NCBI GenBank assembly: GCA_002104945.1 | Contig: MCFH01000025.1 | Coordinates: 248,001-312,000, forward strand | Direction of reading: 5' to 3' | Source: Piromyces finnis finn | Lineage: Eukaryota > Fungi > Neocallimastigomycota | Length of the DNA stretch: 64,000 bases | Part shown: piece by piece, positions 12,246 to 24,060 of the stretch | Layout: each line of letters starts with the position of its first letter | Numbering within the stretch: the first letter of the stretch is position 1 | Made by a program: the position numbers and the translations under genes | Notes under the pieces: generated by a model | The model's input: only the letters and a program-made list of their open reading frames with translations | Databases searched by the model: none | What the model was told of the DNA's origin: nothing

Positions 12246-15200
12246 AAGTATAGGTAAACAATTTAGTTATAATAAATTCTAGATCATAATTATCCATTAT
12301 TATTATACTACTAGAAGTGGTTTCTGTATTTTTTTTTTATTATTATTTTTTTTTCAAATTTCTTTTTTTACGATTTAAAAGTAATTTTTTATTTTAACAC
12401 ATACACACACATATAAATGCACACCTTTTAATAATAATATATTATAATACTAACATATTGTAGTAGTAATACTATATAATAATACTAATACTATTTATTA
12501 TATATATTTTCATTAATTTAAAAAAAAAAAAAAAAAACATTTTTAATGAAGAATTATTACTCATTATTATTAAGTAATAATAATATATAATAATATAATA
12601 ATAATAATGTACTATGAAATTATCCATCATTACAATAAAAAAAAAAAAAAAAAAAAGAATATTAGTATTATTATTAAAATAAATAATAATGATACACAAT
12701 TCATTTATTTATTTGTTTATTAGAGCGTAACAAATAACAATGAATAAATATGTCAATAAAAACGTCACAATTACTACAATTATAATAATTAAAATTTTCT
12801 TTTTTTTTTTTTTTATTACAATTTAAAATTTCCATGGAATAATAATATTCAATTTTATTTATATATATTTAATAATTATATAATTTAATCATTATTATTT
12901 TTTATTTTTAATAAATTAAAACTCTTGATATATTTTCCGTTATTTCGCGAATTTTAATAATTAAAGGATTGTTAAAAACACTACTAATTGAATATACTTT
13001 ATTATTCATCCTACACAAATGAAAATAAATAAATAAATAAAAAAAAAAAAAAACAATTATTGTTTGACTAATTCAAATTAATTAAAAAACTTTAAATGTT
13101 TTAAATTAAAAATTTATATTTATTTTGTTTCTTTTGTTGCAATGTATCCCTAATTTGAAAGGAGAATTTTATGGTGAATAAAGTCTATATAATTTTAATG
13201 AGAATTTCATAATAAATAAATTGAATAAAATAAAAAGACTTTTACTTTATAATAACTAATTATTTTAAATTACTAATTCAAATTATTTTAGAATAATAAA
13301 AAAAAAAGCCTATTTTTATTCATCCTTTTTTTTTTTTTAGCTCATTTGAATGAACTACTAATTTAATACTGTTACATTTTACTTTTTTTTTATTTTTTAT
13401 CTTTTTTTTTTTAATATTATTAATTAAGTTTATGTTACACGAATTTAATATATGTTTTAAATTTTTTTAATTTTTAATTAATAAAAAGAAGTATTAATAT
13501 TATGCAAAAAAAAAAAATAATAATAATAATAATAATAATAATAATCATCCTATATCCTATATCCTCTATAGTTTATTTTTATTTAAATACTATTATTTAT
13601 TTACATTATTAATTACACCTTTCAAAAGTCTTTTTTTTTTTAAAAAAAAAAAAACATTGACCTTATTATTTACATATGTATTTGTATTTATGTTTTTTTT
13701 TATTAGTTTATATATATATATATATATTTCTATAATACATAATACCAAATAATATTTTGTAGTATAAAAATGTTAATAAACCTTGACCATGAACTTTTTT
13801 ATGTGTATGGATAAATATTAGTGAATAACTAAATGGATATAGGTTAATAAATAGTAATGAATGAATAATTAAATAAATATATATTAATATATAATAATAA
13901 TAATAATGTTTTTATTGTTAATCATCATCATCATCATCCATCATAATATTAAATTAAAATAAATAAATAAATACATTATTCATTTATAAAATTTAGAATA
14001 CAACAATAAAATGGCTAACAAAGAAAACTATCATTTCATTCTATAAAAATAAAAAGTATTGCCTTAAAGAAATAACAATAATAATAATATAATGGATTCA
14101 ACTTTTTTTTCTTTATTTATTTATTATCATTTATTATCTATAATAACATTTTTATCATACCAAATAAATTTCATTGTTTATTATTATTTTAAATTTATAC
14201 TTTTTTTTTTTTTAAATAATACTACCATTTTTTTGTTTTTATTGTTGACTACACAATAGTTAAAATCAAAAACATTATTTTCTTCCTTTCTTTCTTTCTA
14301 TATAATAATAATAATAATAAATCTATATTTATTTTTCTATCTAGCGAATGATGTATTATTTAACGGATGGTACAATTCAATATTCTTTTTTTTTTAATAA
14401 AAAGAATATAATTTTTATTTTCATCCATATATTCCTTTATATTATGATTAATTATATATCATAATATAAAATACCTATAAAAAAGTTTATTCAATATAAT
14501 TTTGAAAATTTTCCATTCATCCATCTTTTATTAATCATTTTGTGTAATCGTTGAATAAAATGTTTTATTTATTAATAAAGTTAAATTCTTTTTTAAAATG
14601 TTACACGAATAAAATTATTGAATAAATTAATTTCAAACTTTAATAAATAACTTATTTTAAAATTATTATCCATTATATTATTGTTCCCTATTAATGAACT
14701 ATTGTCAAAAATTTTATCTCATTTTTTAATAAAGTTTATTAATAATAAAGTTTAGTACTACTATTTTAATTTATTTTTAATAAAACACCACAATTCATAC
14801 ATAAACTTTATTTAATATAGAATTGAATGGATGAATTTACACAATGAAAATAAATGAAAATGAATAATTATTTTTTTATTTTTAGTCATAATTAAAATTA
14901 ATTACCTTTTTATTAGAGATAAAAAAAAACTTTCCATTTTTGTCCAATTGATGGGTAATGGTTCATGGATGAAATGAATATTTATTAATAAATAAAGTTT
15001 ATTTTTTTTTAAAAAAAATTAAAGTCAACAAAATGTTGACTATTTCCAATGTTGAATAAATGTAGGCCTAATAATATAAAATAATATAAAGTACATTGAA
15101 TTGATTATTTAAATTAATATGTAATTAAAAGAAAGAAGGAAACAATAGAATAATTCAAAAAAGGATAAATTAAAATTAATAAAAAAATAAAAAAAAAATT

Positions 15201-15582
15201 TTTATATATAAAGATCAAAAAATTCCATTCAAAAAAAGTTTTAAATAACATACAAATTACATTTAAAAAAAAAAAAAAAGAAATATATATATATATATAT
15301 ATTTTATAGAATAAAATAAATAATTATTTTATTTTAAGAAGAAGAAGAAAAAAAAAGAAATCTTAAAAATAAAAAAAAAAAGTTTTATTCATCGTAAAAC
15401 TAATATTTATTTTAATTTTGTAATATATTATTTATAATAATATTATCAGTTATTTATTTTTTTTGATAAAAAATAAAAAAAAAAATTGATAAATTACTTT
15501 TTTGTAAATATATTTTTTAAAACGTCTTATTCGTATAATCAATCAACAATAATCAATATAATTTATTTATTAAAAAAAAAAA

Positions 15583-17124
15583 ATGAGATTATCTTTTGCT
15601 TCTATTGGTTTAATTTTAGCTGTTGTCTTTAAGACTTCTGCTGCTGCTGATGTTCCTCTTGTTTATCCAAAAGAAAACATGGGTGAATCTTGCAAGGCTC
15701 CAACCCTTCCAAATCCATCTCAATGTCCAAATGTTCAAAAATTACCAGATCCATTTGAATGGTCTAATGGAAGTGGTCGTGTCAAGACTTTAGCTGAATG
15801 GGAATGTAGACGTAATGAAATTAAAGCTGAAATTGAAAATTACGAACTTGGTAAGAAACCAGCTCCACCAACCAATATTAAGGCTTCTTACTCTGGTGGT
15901 ACCTTAACTGTTACTGTTAATGACAATGGTGGTTCTCTTACTCTTACCTCTAAAATTTCTGTTCCAAGTGGTAATGGACCTTTCCCAATTATCATTGGTA
16001 TGAACAGTAACACTGGTTCTCTTAGTGCTAGTCAATTTAATGGTTTTATTCAAGTTCCATTTAACCATGATCAATGTGCTCAATACTCTATGAGTGGTCA
16101 AAAGAATACTAACTCTCCATTCTACAAATTATATCCAAACCTTAAACAAGCTGGTGATTACATTGCTTGGTCTTGGGGTATTTCTCGTCTTATCGATGGT
16201 CTTGAACAAGTTAAAAATCAAATTCATGCTGATATGGAACATATTGGTGTCACTGGTTGTTCTTACGCCGGTAAAATGGCTCTCTTTGGTGGTGCTTTCG
16301 ATGAACGTATTGCTTTAACTATTCCACAAGAATCTGGTGGTGGTGGTATTAACTCCTGGAGAGTTTCTGATACCATTGGTAATGTTGAAAAGATTGATAA
16401 TACTAATTACTCTTGGTTTATGCAAGCTTTAAAGAACAACTTTGGCAGTGGAAAATCTACTAGATTACCATACGATCACCATGAATTAATTGCTATGGTC
16501 GCTCCACGTGCCTTCTTTACCATGGGTAACCCAGATTATGAATGGTTAGGTGATAAATCTGGTTACACCTCTGCTATGGCTGCTTTAGAAGTATGGAAGG
16601 CTATGGGTGTTGAAGACAGATTTGGTTTCAACTTTGTTGGTAATCACATGCACTGTTCTGCTGCTAATTCTCAAGTTAGTGATGTTAACAAGTTCATTGA
16701 TAGATTCCTTCGTGGTAAGAATACTAACACTTCTAACATGTTAAGTAGTAGTGTTACCAACGATTACAATAGTTGGATTGCTACTTGGAAGGGTCACAAG
16801 ATTGATACTTCTGCTGGTATTGCTCAACAACCAACTACTACTACTACTGCCTCTGTTCCAAAGCCAACTTCTGGCTCTTGCTGGGCTTCTAGTTTAGGTT
16901 ATCCATGTTGTAAGTCTACTAAGGTTGTCATTGATACTGATGCTAGTGGTCGTTGGGGTATTGAAAACAATGACTGGTGCGGTATCGTTGATTCTTCCTG
17001 CTGGGCTAGTAAGCTTGGATTTAAATGTTGTACCTCCCAATGTCCACAAGAAGTTTACGTTGATACTGATGGTAGTTGGGGTGTTGAAAACAACAACTGG
17101 TGTGGTATCACCAAAAAGTGTTAA
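15583..17124 (+). CDS. Secreted CE15 glucuronoyl esterase with two C-terminal fungal dockerin (NCDD/CBM10-like) domains; cellulosomal enzyme
   Basis: Signal peptide; nucleophile motif GCSYAGK, acid motif PQESGGGG, His motif HMHC; PT-rich linker; two C-W...G(Y/F)xCC...WG(I/V)ENNxWCG dockerins. Intronless with strongly biased codon usage. Confidence 0.95.
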   Translation: MRLSFASIGLILAVVFKTSAAADVPLVYPKENMGESCKAPTLPNPSQCPNVQKLPDPFEWSNGSGRVKTLAEWECRRNEIKAEIENYELGKKPAPPTNIKASYSGGTLTVTVNDNGGSLTLTSKISVPSGNGPFPIIIGMNSNTGSLSASQFNGFIQVPFNHDQCAQYSMSGQKNTNSPFYKLYPNLKQAGDYIAWSWGISRLIDGLEQVKNQIHADMEHIGVTGCSYAGKMALFGGAFDERIALTIPQESGGGGINSWRVSDTIGNVEKIDNTNYSWFMQALKNNFGSGKSTRLPYDHHELIAMVAPRAFFTMGNPDYEWLGDKSGYTSAMAALEVWKAMGVEDRFGFNFVGNHMHCSAANSQVSDVNKFIDRFLRGKNTNTSNMLSSSVTNDYNSWIATWKGHKIDTSAGIAQQPTTTTTASVPKPTSGSCWASSLGYPCCKSTKVVIDTDASGRWGIENNDWCGIVDSSCWASKLGFKCCTSQCPQEVYVDTDGSWGVENNNWCGITKKC

Positions 17125-17559
17125 ATTATCAATGATATTTAAACTTTTTAATATTTACAAAAAAAAAAAAAAATACTAAATTAAAAATTATCTATTATTA
17201 GTTTTTTTTTATTTTTAATACTAAAGAACTTTTAGTTTTTTTTTTTTCTTTTGCCCTTTTTTTATCTATCTTTATTTGTAATGATAAAAAAAATATGAAA
17301 AAAAGGGTAACTCATGAATAAATAATACAAATATTTACAATATAATATTATTTAAATTAGAAGAATAATTTTTATACTGTATTATTTATCTAGATATAAA
17401 AATAGTCTTTAATATTTAATATGAAAAAAAATAAAATATATGTATTATAAGAAATAAATATATATATACTATTGAAATTTAATAAAAAAAATGAATATAA
17501 AAAAAAAAAAGAAAAATTAAAACAAAATTAAAAATTAGAAATTTTATGAGTTGTCATTG

Positions 17560-18380
17560 AAAAATTAAATTTTGGTAATATTAAAAAAGTAATAAAAAGA
17601 ATTAACAACATTAGGAATAATAATAGCAGTAATAAATGTAATTCTAATTCAGTAATAATAATAGTAGTATTATATTTTTACGTTCCTTCTTGGTGGAACT
17701 TTAGCTAATGATGAGCTACAAATCGATAAGGCGGAACAAAGACATTTGAATGAACAGCTTTACAGTTCATTGGGGTCTCATGTTCTATAGGTAGAGGGTC
17801 TCGCGGCTTTTCTTACTAAAACAATCCCTATCATTAGTAGCTCTATGAGGCTACTTTTCGATAGGTTTAATAAGACACCTAACGTAATCAAGAGCGCCGA
17901 CGTCGTACCGATATGGCAAAGGAACATTCTCAGTGTTCCGTACACAGGGTTCAATGTTAGTATTTCTTCGAATGAAAACATTATGAACTCATGGGAGAGT
18001 TTAGTGGACACCACACTATCATACCTGATGTTACTTTTTTTTTATATTTCATTTAATTTATTAGGTAGGGACCAATCCCACACAGTACAAATTGCAGAGT
18101 TCATTGAACTTTTATGCAACTTTAATTATTTTATATTATTTTATATTTATATTTTTATATTATTTTATATTTTATTATTTTTATTTATTATTTATTATAT
18201 CAATATATATTATCACCTAATACTATGCAATATCGCAAATTAAATAAATAAATAAAAGATGTGTATTCTTTTCCTAGTCTAAAAAAAAAATAATAACAAT
18301 AGTAGTAGTAGAAGTAATAATAAAGTAGCAATAGCAATTAATAATAAAATTTAAAAATATTTGATGGCGTTAAAAAAAAA
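17560..18380 (+). mobile_element. Decayed 3' end of a non-LTR retrotransposon (divergent subfamily of the 24669 LINE)
   Basis: N-rich tract, then FLLGG...AAFLTKTIPII...LFDRFNKTPNVIKSADVV with an in-frame stop, aligning by eye to the LINE C-terminus FLLGG...AELLTKIMPFAI...MFKRFEATSKSVNAEETV. Terminus AAATATTTGATGGCGTT-(A)9 matches the LINE terminus AAATATTTGATGCCGTT-(A)n. Confidence 0.8.
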
Positions 18381-18384
18381 TAAT

Positions 18385-18713
18385 GATGATGATATTAGTA
18401 ATAATAATAGGGATAATTATAGTAGAAATAATAATATTTATAGTTAAGAAAGCAATTCTAATTCTTTAAATAATATTCAATTAGTTTATATGGGTAATTT
18501 AAGGAAGGATAATTGGATAATTTTTTATAATCCGGTAACTATTAATGAATATAATTATTCTAATGTATGTAAAAATATATATTTAAACTTCTTGAAGGAA
18601 AAAAAAAAGTTTTAACCATAACAACAAATCAAGAGATTGGAAATAACTTTGTATCAAATTAAACTAGGTACTTTTGAAGAATCACCAATTTTTGATTCAC
18701 GGAACTTCTAACC
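18385..18713 (+). mobile_element. Decayed fragment of the C-terminal coding region of the 24669 LINE family
   Basis: AATCCGGTAACTATTAATGAATAT...CGGAACTTCTAACC aligns at nucleotide level with ~28868-29060 (AATCCGGTGAATATTAATGTGTAT...CGGAACTTCTAACC); contains stops and indels. Confidence 0.8.
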
Positions 18714-18987
18714 CTACCTATAAACACAATATAATCATGGCTTTGTTTTTTTTAATTAAATTTTATATATGTGTTATATTCATTTCATTCATTTATAAAA
18801 TTATATTATTATTATTCTGTTTCCGTAAATTATTTATAAATTATTGAGTGGTAACATTGTTACAGTCATTAATATTACCTCATGGTTATTTAGCCAACAA
18901 TATAGCCAATACTTCAAAACCGTTTAAATCAATAACCCAATTCATGTTAATATAAAAAAAAGTTTTATTTCATATTTATCATATTTA

Positions 18988-18990
<3 letters not shown>

Positions 18991-19042
<52 letters not shown>

Positions 19043-19076
19043 CATCATCATCATCATCATTATTATTATTATTATA
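18991..19076. repeat. (ATT)n/(ATC)n compound microsatellite
   Basis: Direct reading. Confidence 0.9.
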
Positions 19077-19906
19077 CCTTTTAGAATATTAAATTTCAAA
19101 TAAAAGTATTATATATATATAAATTGAATAAAATTCAAATATTCTAATAGAATAAACCATGAATAAATTAGGTATTTTTATTGTAAATTGGACATTTAAA
19201 CCCAAGAAATTTTTAAAATAACAACAAAACCTAATCTCTAAATATTTTTTACCCAATAATTTAATAGTTAATTCTATTTCAATTTGTGGTGGTTGTTGTG
19301 GATCATTAATAAAATACGCTTTTTACTACTAATCATCTAAGTCCTTTTTTTTTTTTTGTAAAAAAAATGGTCATTATACGGTTTATAATTTGAAAAAAAA
19401 AATAAAAGTAAATTATTATTTTTTATATAAAACAAAATTATTTCTTAAAAAGATGACCAAAATTTTAAATTTTAAAAATTATTAAATGTCTTAAAGATTA
19501 TGATATTTTTTTATTCCTATTTAATTATTAATAGTATTAGTATTATTTGAATAAAATATCTTTTATGTCCATTTTGCTATAGATAAATAAATAAAATAAT
19601 GGTGGTGGTACTATTATTATATAATTATGAAAAAAAAGGACCTAGTTATACTATTTATAATATTTAAAATATTTAAAAAGTATTTAAGTAGGAGAAATAT
19701 CCTCTTTTTTTTTAAAAAAAAAAAATGAAATTTTATTCACAAAAAAGTTTCAATTACTACCTACTACTTAATAATAATGATAAAGCGAAAATATAGGTGA
19801 AAATGTATAAAATATATAATACCTAATAGAATAGAGTTATTAATTATAATAGTATTAATAATACTAATTCTTCTATGGAGGGTGAAGTATGAATAACTTT
19901 AAAAAC

Positions 19907-20159
19907 TTTACATTATTATTCTAATATCTATACCTCATGTTATATAATACACTTCCATAAAAGCACAATGTAAATTTTACATTATTATTCTAATATCTAT
20001 ACCTCATGTTACACTTCCATAAAAGCACAATGTAAAATTTACATTATTATTCTAATATCTATACCTCATGTTACACTTCCATAAAAGCACAATGTAAATT
20101 TTACATTATTATTCTAATATCTATACCTCATGTTACACTTCCATAAAAGCACAATGTAA
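19907..20159. repeat. 62-bp minisatellite, 4 near-identical tandem copies
   Basis: Unit TTTACATTATTATTCTAATATCTATACCTCATGTTACACTTCCATAAAAGCACAATGTAAA(A/T)(A/T); periods 69, 62, 62 (first copy has a 7-bp insertion); no spacers. Confidence 0.95.
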
Positions 20160-21368
20160 CATGAATACGCATAAATAACAAAATATTATACATTACATTT
20201 TCTAATACATTACAATCAATTAACTGGCGGATTATATTAACATCATATTACATTATTATCTACATACTTTTACAATACATTTACAATGATTTATACCTAT
20301 TACATTTATACCCTACATACATACATAAATATGACTCATCCAATTTATATAACAAAAACAATACCAGCAATACCAACTTATTACTTTTTTTCTAGACTTT
20401 TATAATTAAAATTTTTTTTTGTTTCTTTGTTTAAATCTTTTTGTAGTATTTAAAATAATTAGTTAGAGCATTATTCAATACAAGGACATTTCAGGTATTG
20501 AATACTTTTTACATATCACCCTTGAAAAAAAGGTCTTTAAAAAAGGTCTTAGGCAGGAAGAGCTCATAAATTTATTATTTATTATACTTTTAATTAAAAT
20601 AGAATTAATTAAATATTCTATTTAAATCTAAATATACAATTACAACACATTTTTATTTATTTGATCAGAATATGACCAAAAAATAATAAATACTAATTCT
20701 ATAATGAATATATAGTACTAATATAGTACTAATATATAATAAACATATATTAAATACATATTAAATATATAATAAATAAACACATTATTTTCATAATTAT
20801 TAATTAATTAATTATTAATATATTTATATTTATAAAAAAGAAAAGTGAAAAGTGGTGGAAGAGGAAGAAGAAGAAGAAGAAGAAGAAAAGAATAGATGTT
20901 TTACATTTAATAGATTGCTTTGTTTATGAGTTGGAGTAATCTTTGTTTTACTTAATTTATAAGGAATAATTGAAAAATAAAAGAAAATTGATAGTAGTAA
21001 ATATTAGTCTGTTTTTTTTTAAAGTATAGCATAATAATTTTTTGGTTTGTGTTTTCATCATTGAAAAAGAAAGTTTTTAAGGTTTAATTTTCTATTTATA
21101 AAAAGCATCTTTAAATAGTATTATTATCTATTAAATAATATATTTATGGTTTCATAATTACATTATTAAAGGATTACGTAATCGTTATCAAGAAAACTTT
21201 AAAAAAACTTATATATAAATAAAAAAATTTTTTTTTTATTTACATTATTTTTTGTTTATATCCATTACAAATTAATGTAAAAGTTATTTTATTTTTATTT
21301 ATTTACTAGTAAATAAATAATACTATTGTTTATTGCCTATTTCTTTAAAAAAAAAAAAAAAAGTAAAA

Positions 21369-22838
21369 ATGAGCTCTTTACAATTAAATGATACTAAAAT
21401 TATTAAAGCTGTTTATGACTATTTAAAGTTATTCAAAGAAAAGAAACTTAAAAGATCATCTATTTATGCTCATTACATGCTAAAAAATTCATTTTATAAA
21501 GAAAAAACTAATTATCAGCATCAAGTTGGTCTTAAAAAAATTTTAGATAAATGTAGAAATAAAAAATATAGTAATAGTGATAAATATGTCAAGCGCCTTC
21601 TTTACAAGGATTCAAAAGAAATCATATCAGGCTTATTTTACTTTATGAAAGAAGAAAATTATCAAGTTTACTTGGTTAAAAGTACTACTTTTACAAAAAC
21701 TGACACAAAGATATCCGATCTTTGGGATAAAATTGAAGATAAGGAGGATATTCTTTTAGAATGCTTTGAAGTAATTAAAGTAATCAATAAAGAAGATCTT
21801 AAAAACCGCCTTATGAAAATGAATTTTGATTTAAAAATTAACAATACTAAAAAAAGTGGAGGCTTTAACGTTTATAATTTTGTCATGGTAGACGAGAATG
21901 GAAATAAACATGTTAGTGTTCCATTTGCATTGGTTTGCTTTAGACAGTTTTCTAAAAGAGATAAAAAGTCTGTTTTAGGAAAATTTGGTAAAATATATGA
22001 AGATGAAGACAATGAAGATGAAGTGTTATATTATACCAATATATTATTTGATTATATTAATGAAAAATATAAAGAAAATTTTGCTTTTCCTATTAATTTC
22101 TATAATATTAATAATAATAACAATTATAATAATGACTATCCAACTCCTGGCCATTCTTTTGATATTGACTTATCTATACCATCTTCTTCTTCAATGGCCA
22201 ATATTAATATTGATTCAAATCAAGGAATACCATCTCCTATTAGTGATTTATCTTCTCCTTTAGCACAATCCTTTCCAATAGAACAATTACCTTCAAACGA
22301 CAGTTTTAATATAGATTTAAATTCAATGTTACCTAATATTTTCAATGATTTAAATCCATTATTATCATCTCCAGTGAATACTACTGTTGATAATTTAAAT
22401 CCATTATTATCATCTCCAGTGAATACTACTGTTGATAATTTAAATTCATTATTATCATCTCCAGTGGATAATTCTAATATTAATCAAGAACAAATATTAC
22501 CTCCTTTACGAATACCATCTTCAATATATTTTAGTAGTAATTATGGTCAAATGCCACAATTTCAAGATTGTGGATTAACATCATTACAAAATCAATATGA
22601 ATATTTAATACCTTATAATAACAATACCATCCCATGTACAATTTCTCAGGATTTATTTCAATCATTACCTTTAGTAGATATTACTAATAATATAAATCCA
22701 AGTATACCACAAAGTACTGAACCAAATTTTCAGCCTCAAAATTCTTTATTAGTTTTAAATGCCATGCAAATGGAATTAAGCAATCAAAATAATATCATGA
22801 ATATAAACACTAGAAATGGCAATAATGTTAGCAATTAA
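21369..22838 (+). CDS. Hypothetical intronless protein (~489 aa): basic K/Y-rich N-terminal domain plus acidic S/P/N/Q-rich tail
   Basis: Long open frame; ATG at 21369 in AAAAATG context (the ORF track starts at an upstream TTG); no family motif recognised. Confidence 0.7.
   Translation: MSSLQLNDTKIIKAVYDYLKLFKEKKLKRSSIYAHYMLKNSFYKEKTNYQHQVGLKKILDKCRNKKYSNSDKYVKRLLYKDSKEIISGLFYFMKEENYQVYLVKSTTFTKTDTKISDLWDKIEDKEDILLECFEVIKVINKEDLKNRLMKMNFDLKINNTKKSGGFNVYNFVMVDENGNKHVSVPFALVCFRQFSKRDKKSVLGKFGKIYEDEDNEDEVLYYTNILFDYINEKYKENFAFPINFYNINNNNNYNNDYPTPGHSFDIDLSIPSSSSMANINIDSNQGIPSPISDLSSPLAQSFPIEQLPSNDSFNIDLNSMLPNIFNDLNPLLSSPVNTTVDNLNPLLSSPVNTTVDNLNSLLSSPVDNSNINQEQILPPLRIPSSIYFSSNYGQMPQFQDCGLTSLQNQYEYLIPYNNNTIPCTISQDLFQSLPLVDITNNINPSIPQSTEPNFQPQNSLLVLNAMQMELSNQNNIMNINTRNGNNVSN
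22350..22472 (+). repeat. In-frame 45-bp coding tandem repeat (LNPLLSSPVNTTVDN x2 plus partial)
   Basis: Direct reading inside the 21369 ORF. Confidence 0.9.
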
Positions 22839-23506
22839 ATATGTGATTGTAAAGACTATAGATAGCTTTGTATTGATATTTCAATCAAAAATTAAATATT
22901 AATATTTCATATTGAATTTGCACTATCGATTATGATAATATAGGTGTTTAACTTTTAGATATATAATTTTCTGGAAGTTTGCGAATGAATATTTTAATAT
23001 TCATTAGTAATCATCTAGAGAGTTAAATATGTGAAAGTATAAAATATTTTATTAACAAAATCGATAATTTAAATTTTGTGTGAAACTTTATATTTATATC
23101 TTTTTACATTCAAATAATAATGGCTACAAAGAACTTTTATAGAAAAAAAGAAAAAGAGAAATAGAGAAAGAAAATGATAACAATAACAGAAAAATCATGT
23201 ATAAATATATTATATATATAAATTTTAATTTTATTAAATAAACTATATAGAGAAGAAAGAATAGTATTTTTTTTTAATTTTATATTTTTTAAAATATCAT
23301 GTAAAAAAATATTTTTTATTCAAATAAAAAATAAATAACAAAAGAAAGTCAAAAAAAAAAAATTTTTCCCTGTGTGAAATTAAAAATTTTTATTATTAAT
23401 TTGACTTAAAAACATAATTACAATTCTTAACCTAGATTATATTCAGACCAAAGAATTTATTTAGTTAGGGATAGAAAAAAAAAAAAAAAGGTCACAATAA
23501 AATTTT

Positions 23507-23611
23507 AAATACAATTATTATAATAGTGATTTTCTTACTTTAATTACTAGAATGCATTATACCCAATTTTTATTCATTTGTGTTTATTTAAACCTATTTT
23601 TTTTTTTTTTT
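23507..23611 (+). mobile_element. Isolated fragment of the LINE 3' UTR
   Basis: AAATACAATTATTATA...CATTATACCCAATTTTTATTCATTTGTGTTTATTTAAAC nearly identical to ~29245-29350 with small deletions. Confidence 0.85.
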
Positions 23612-23689
23612 AATTTTCGATCCAAATTCTTTTACATTTGATCAAACAAGCTCCGAACCTATAACTGTTTATTCTAATGGTACAAAATA

Positions 23690-23769
23690 TCAATTTATAC
23701 CTTTTTAATAAAATTTGGAATGGTGATGTCTCATTAGATTGGAATTCTGCATTAATTATTTCAAATTAT
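23690..23769 (+). pseudogene. Left half of an old LINE RT relic interrupted by the young LINE
   Basis: Encodes approx. FNKIWNGDVSLDWNSALIIS, homologous to LFNRIWDGDFPNSWNESSIVS of the intact RT; resumes after the TSD at 29483. Confidence 0.7.
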
Positions 23770-24060
23770 CCTCTTGGGAACGTGCCTTCATTTATTTAAT
23801 AAATGTAGTTTCTCAAGGGGGTCTACTCATGCTCATGGTACTGAGAGAGTAGAAAGAATTAAATCCAAGTATTGCGCAATGGATGCTTGGTGCCCTCTTA
23901 GGAACGTGCCTTCATTTATTTAATAATGGAGTTTATCAAGGGGGTCTACTCATGCTCATGGTACTGAGAGAGTAGAAAGAATTAAATCCAAGCATTGCGC
24001 AATGGATGCTTGGTTAGTCTTTAAGGGAAAATTATTAGGACTAAGCTCATGGTACTGAGC
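23770..24060 (+). repeat. LINE 5' UTR monomer array: two 124-bp monomers plus a degenerate third
   Basis: CCTCTT(G/A)GGAACGTGCC...GGATGCTTGGT starts at 23770 and 23894; core GCTCATGGTACTGAG recurs at 24045-24060. The array begins exactly at the TSD boundary. Confidence 0.92.

Noticed and set aside
19907-20159. 62-bp repeat as a CRISPR array
   Set aside because: Units are contiguous with no unique spacers; eukaryotic context; no cas genes.
23770-24014. 124-bp monomers as CRISPR, hammerhead or HDV-like ribozyme
   Set aside because: No spacers. CTGAGAG does not fit the CUGANGA core and no stem II precedes GAAA. No P3/L3 arrangement for an HDV fold could be built by hand. Kept only as an unexplained structured repeat.
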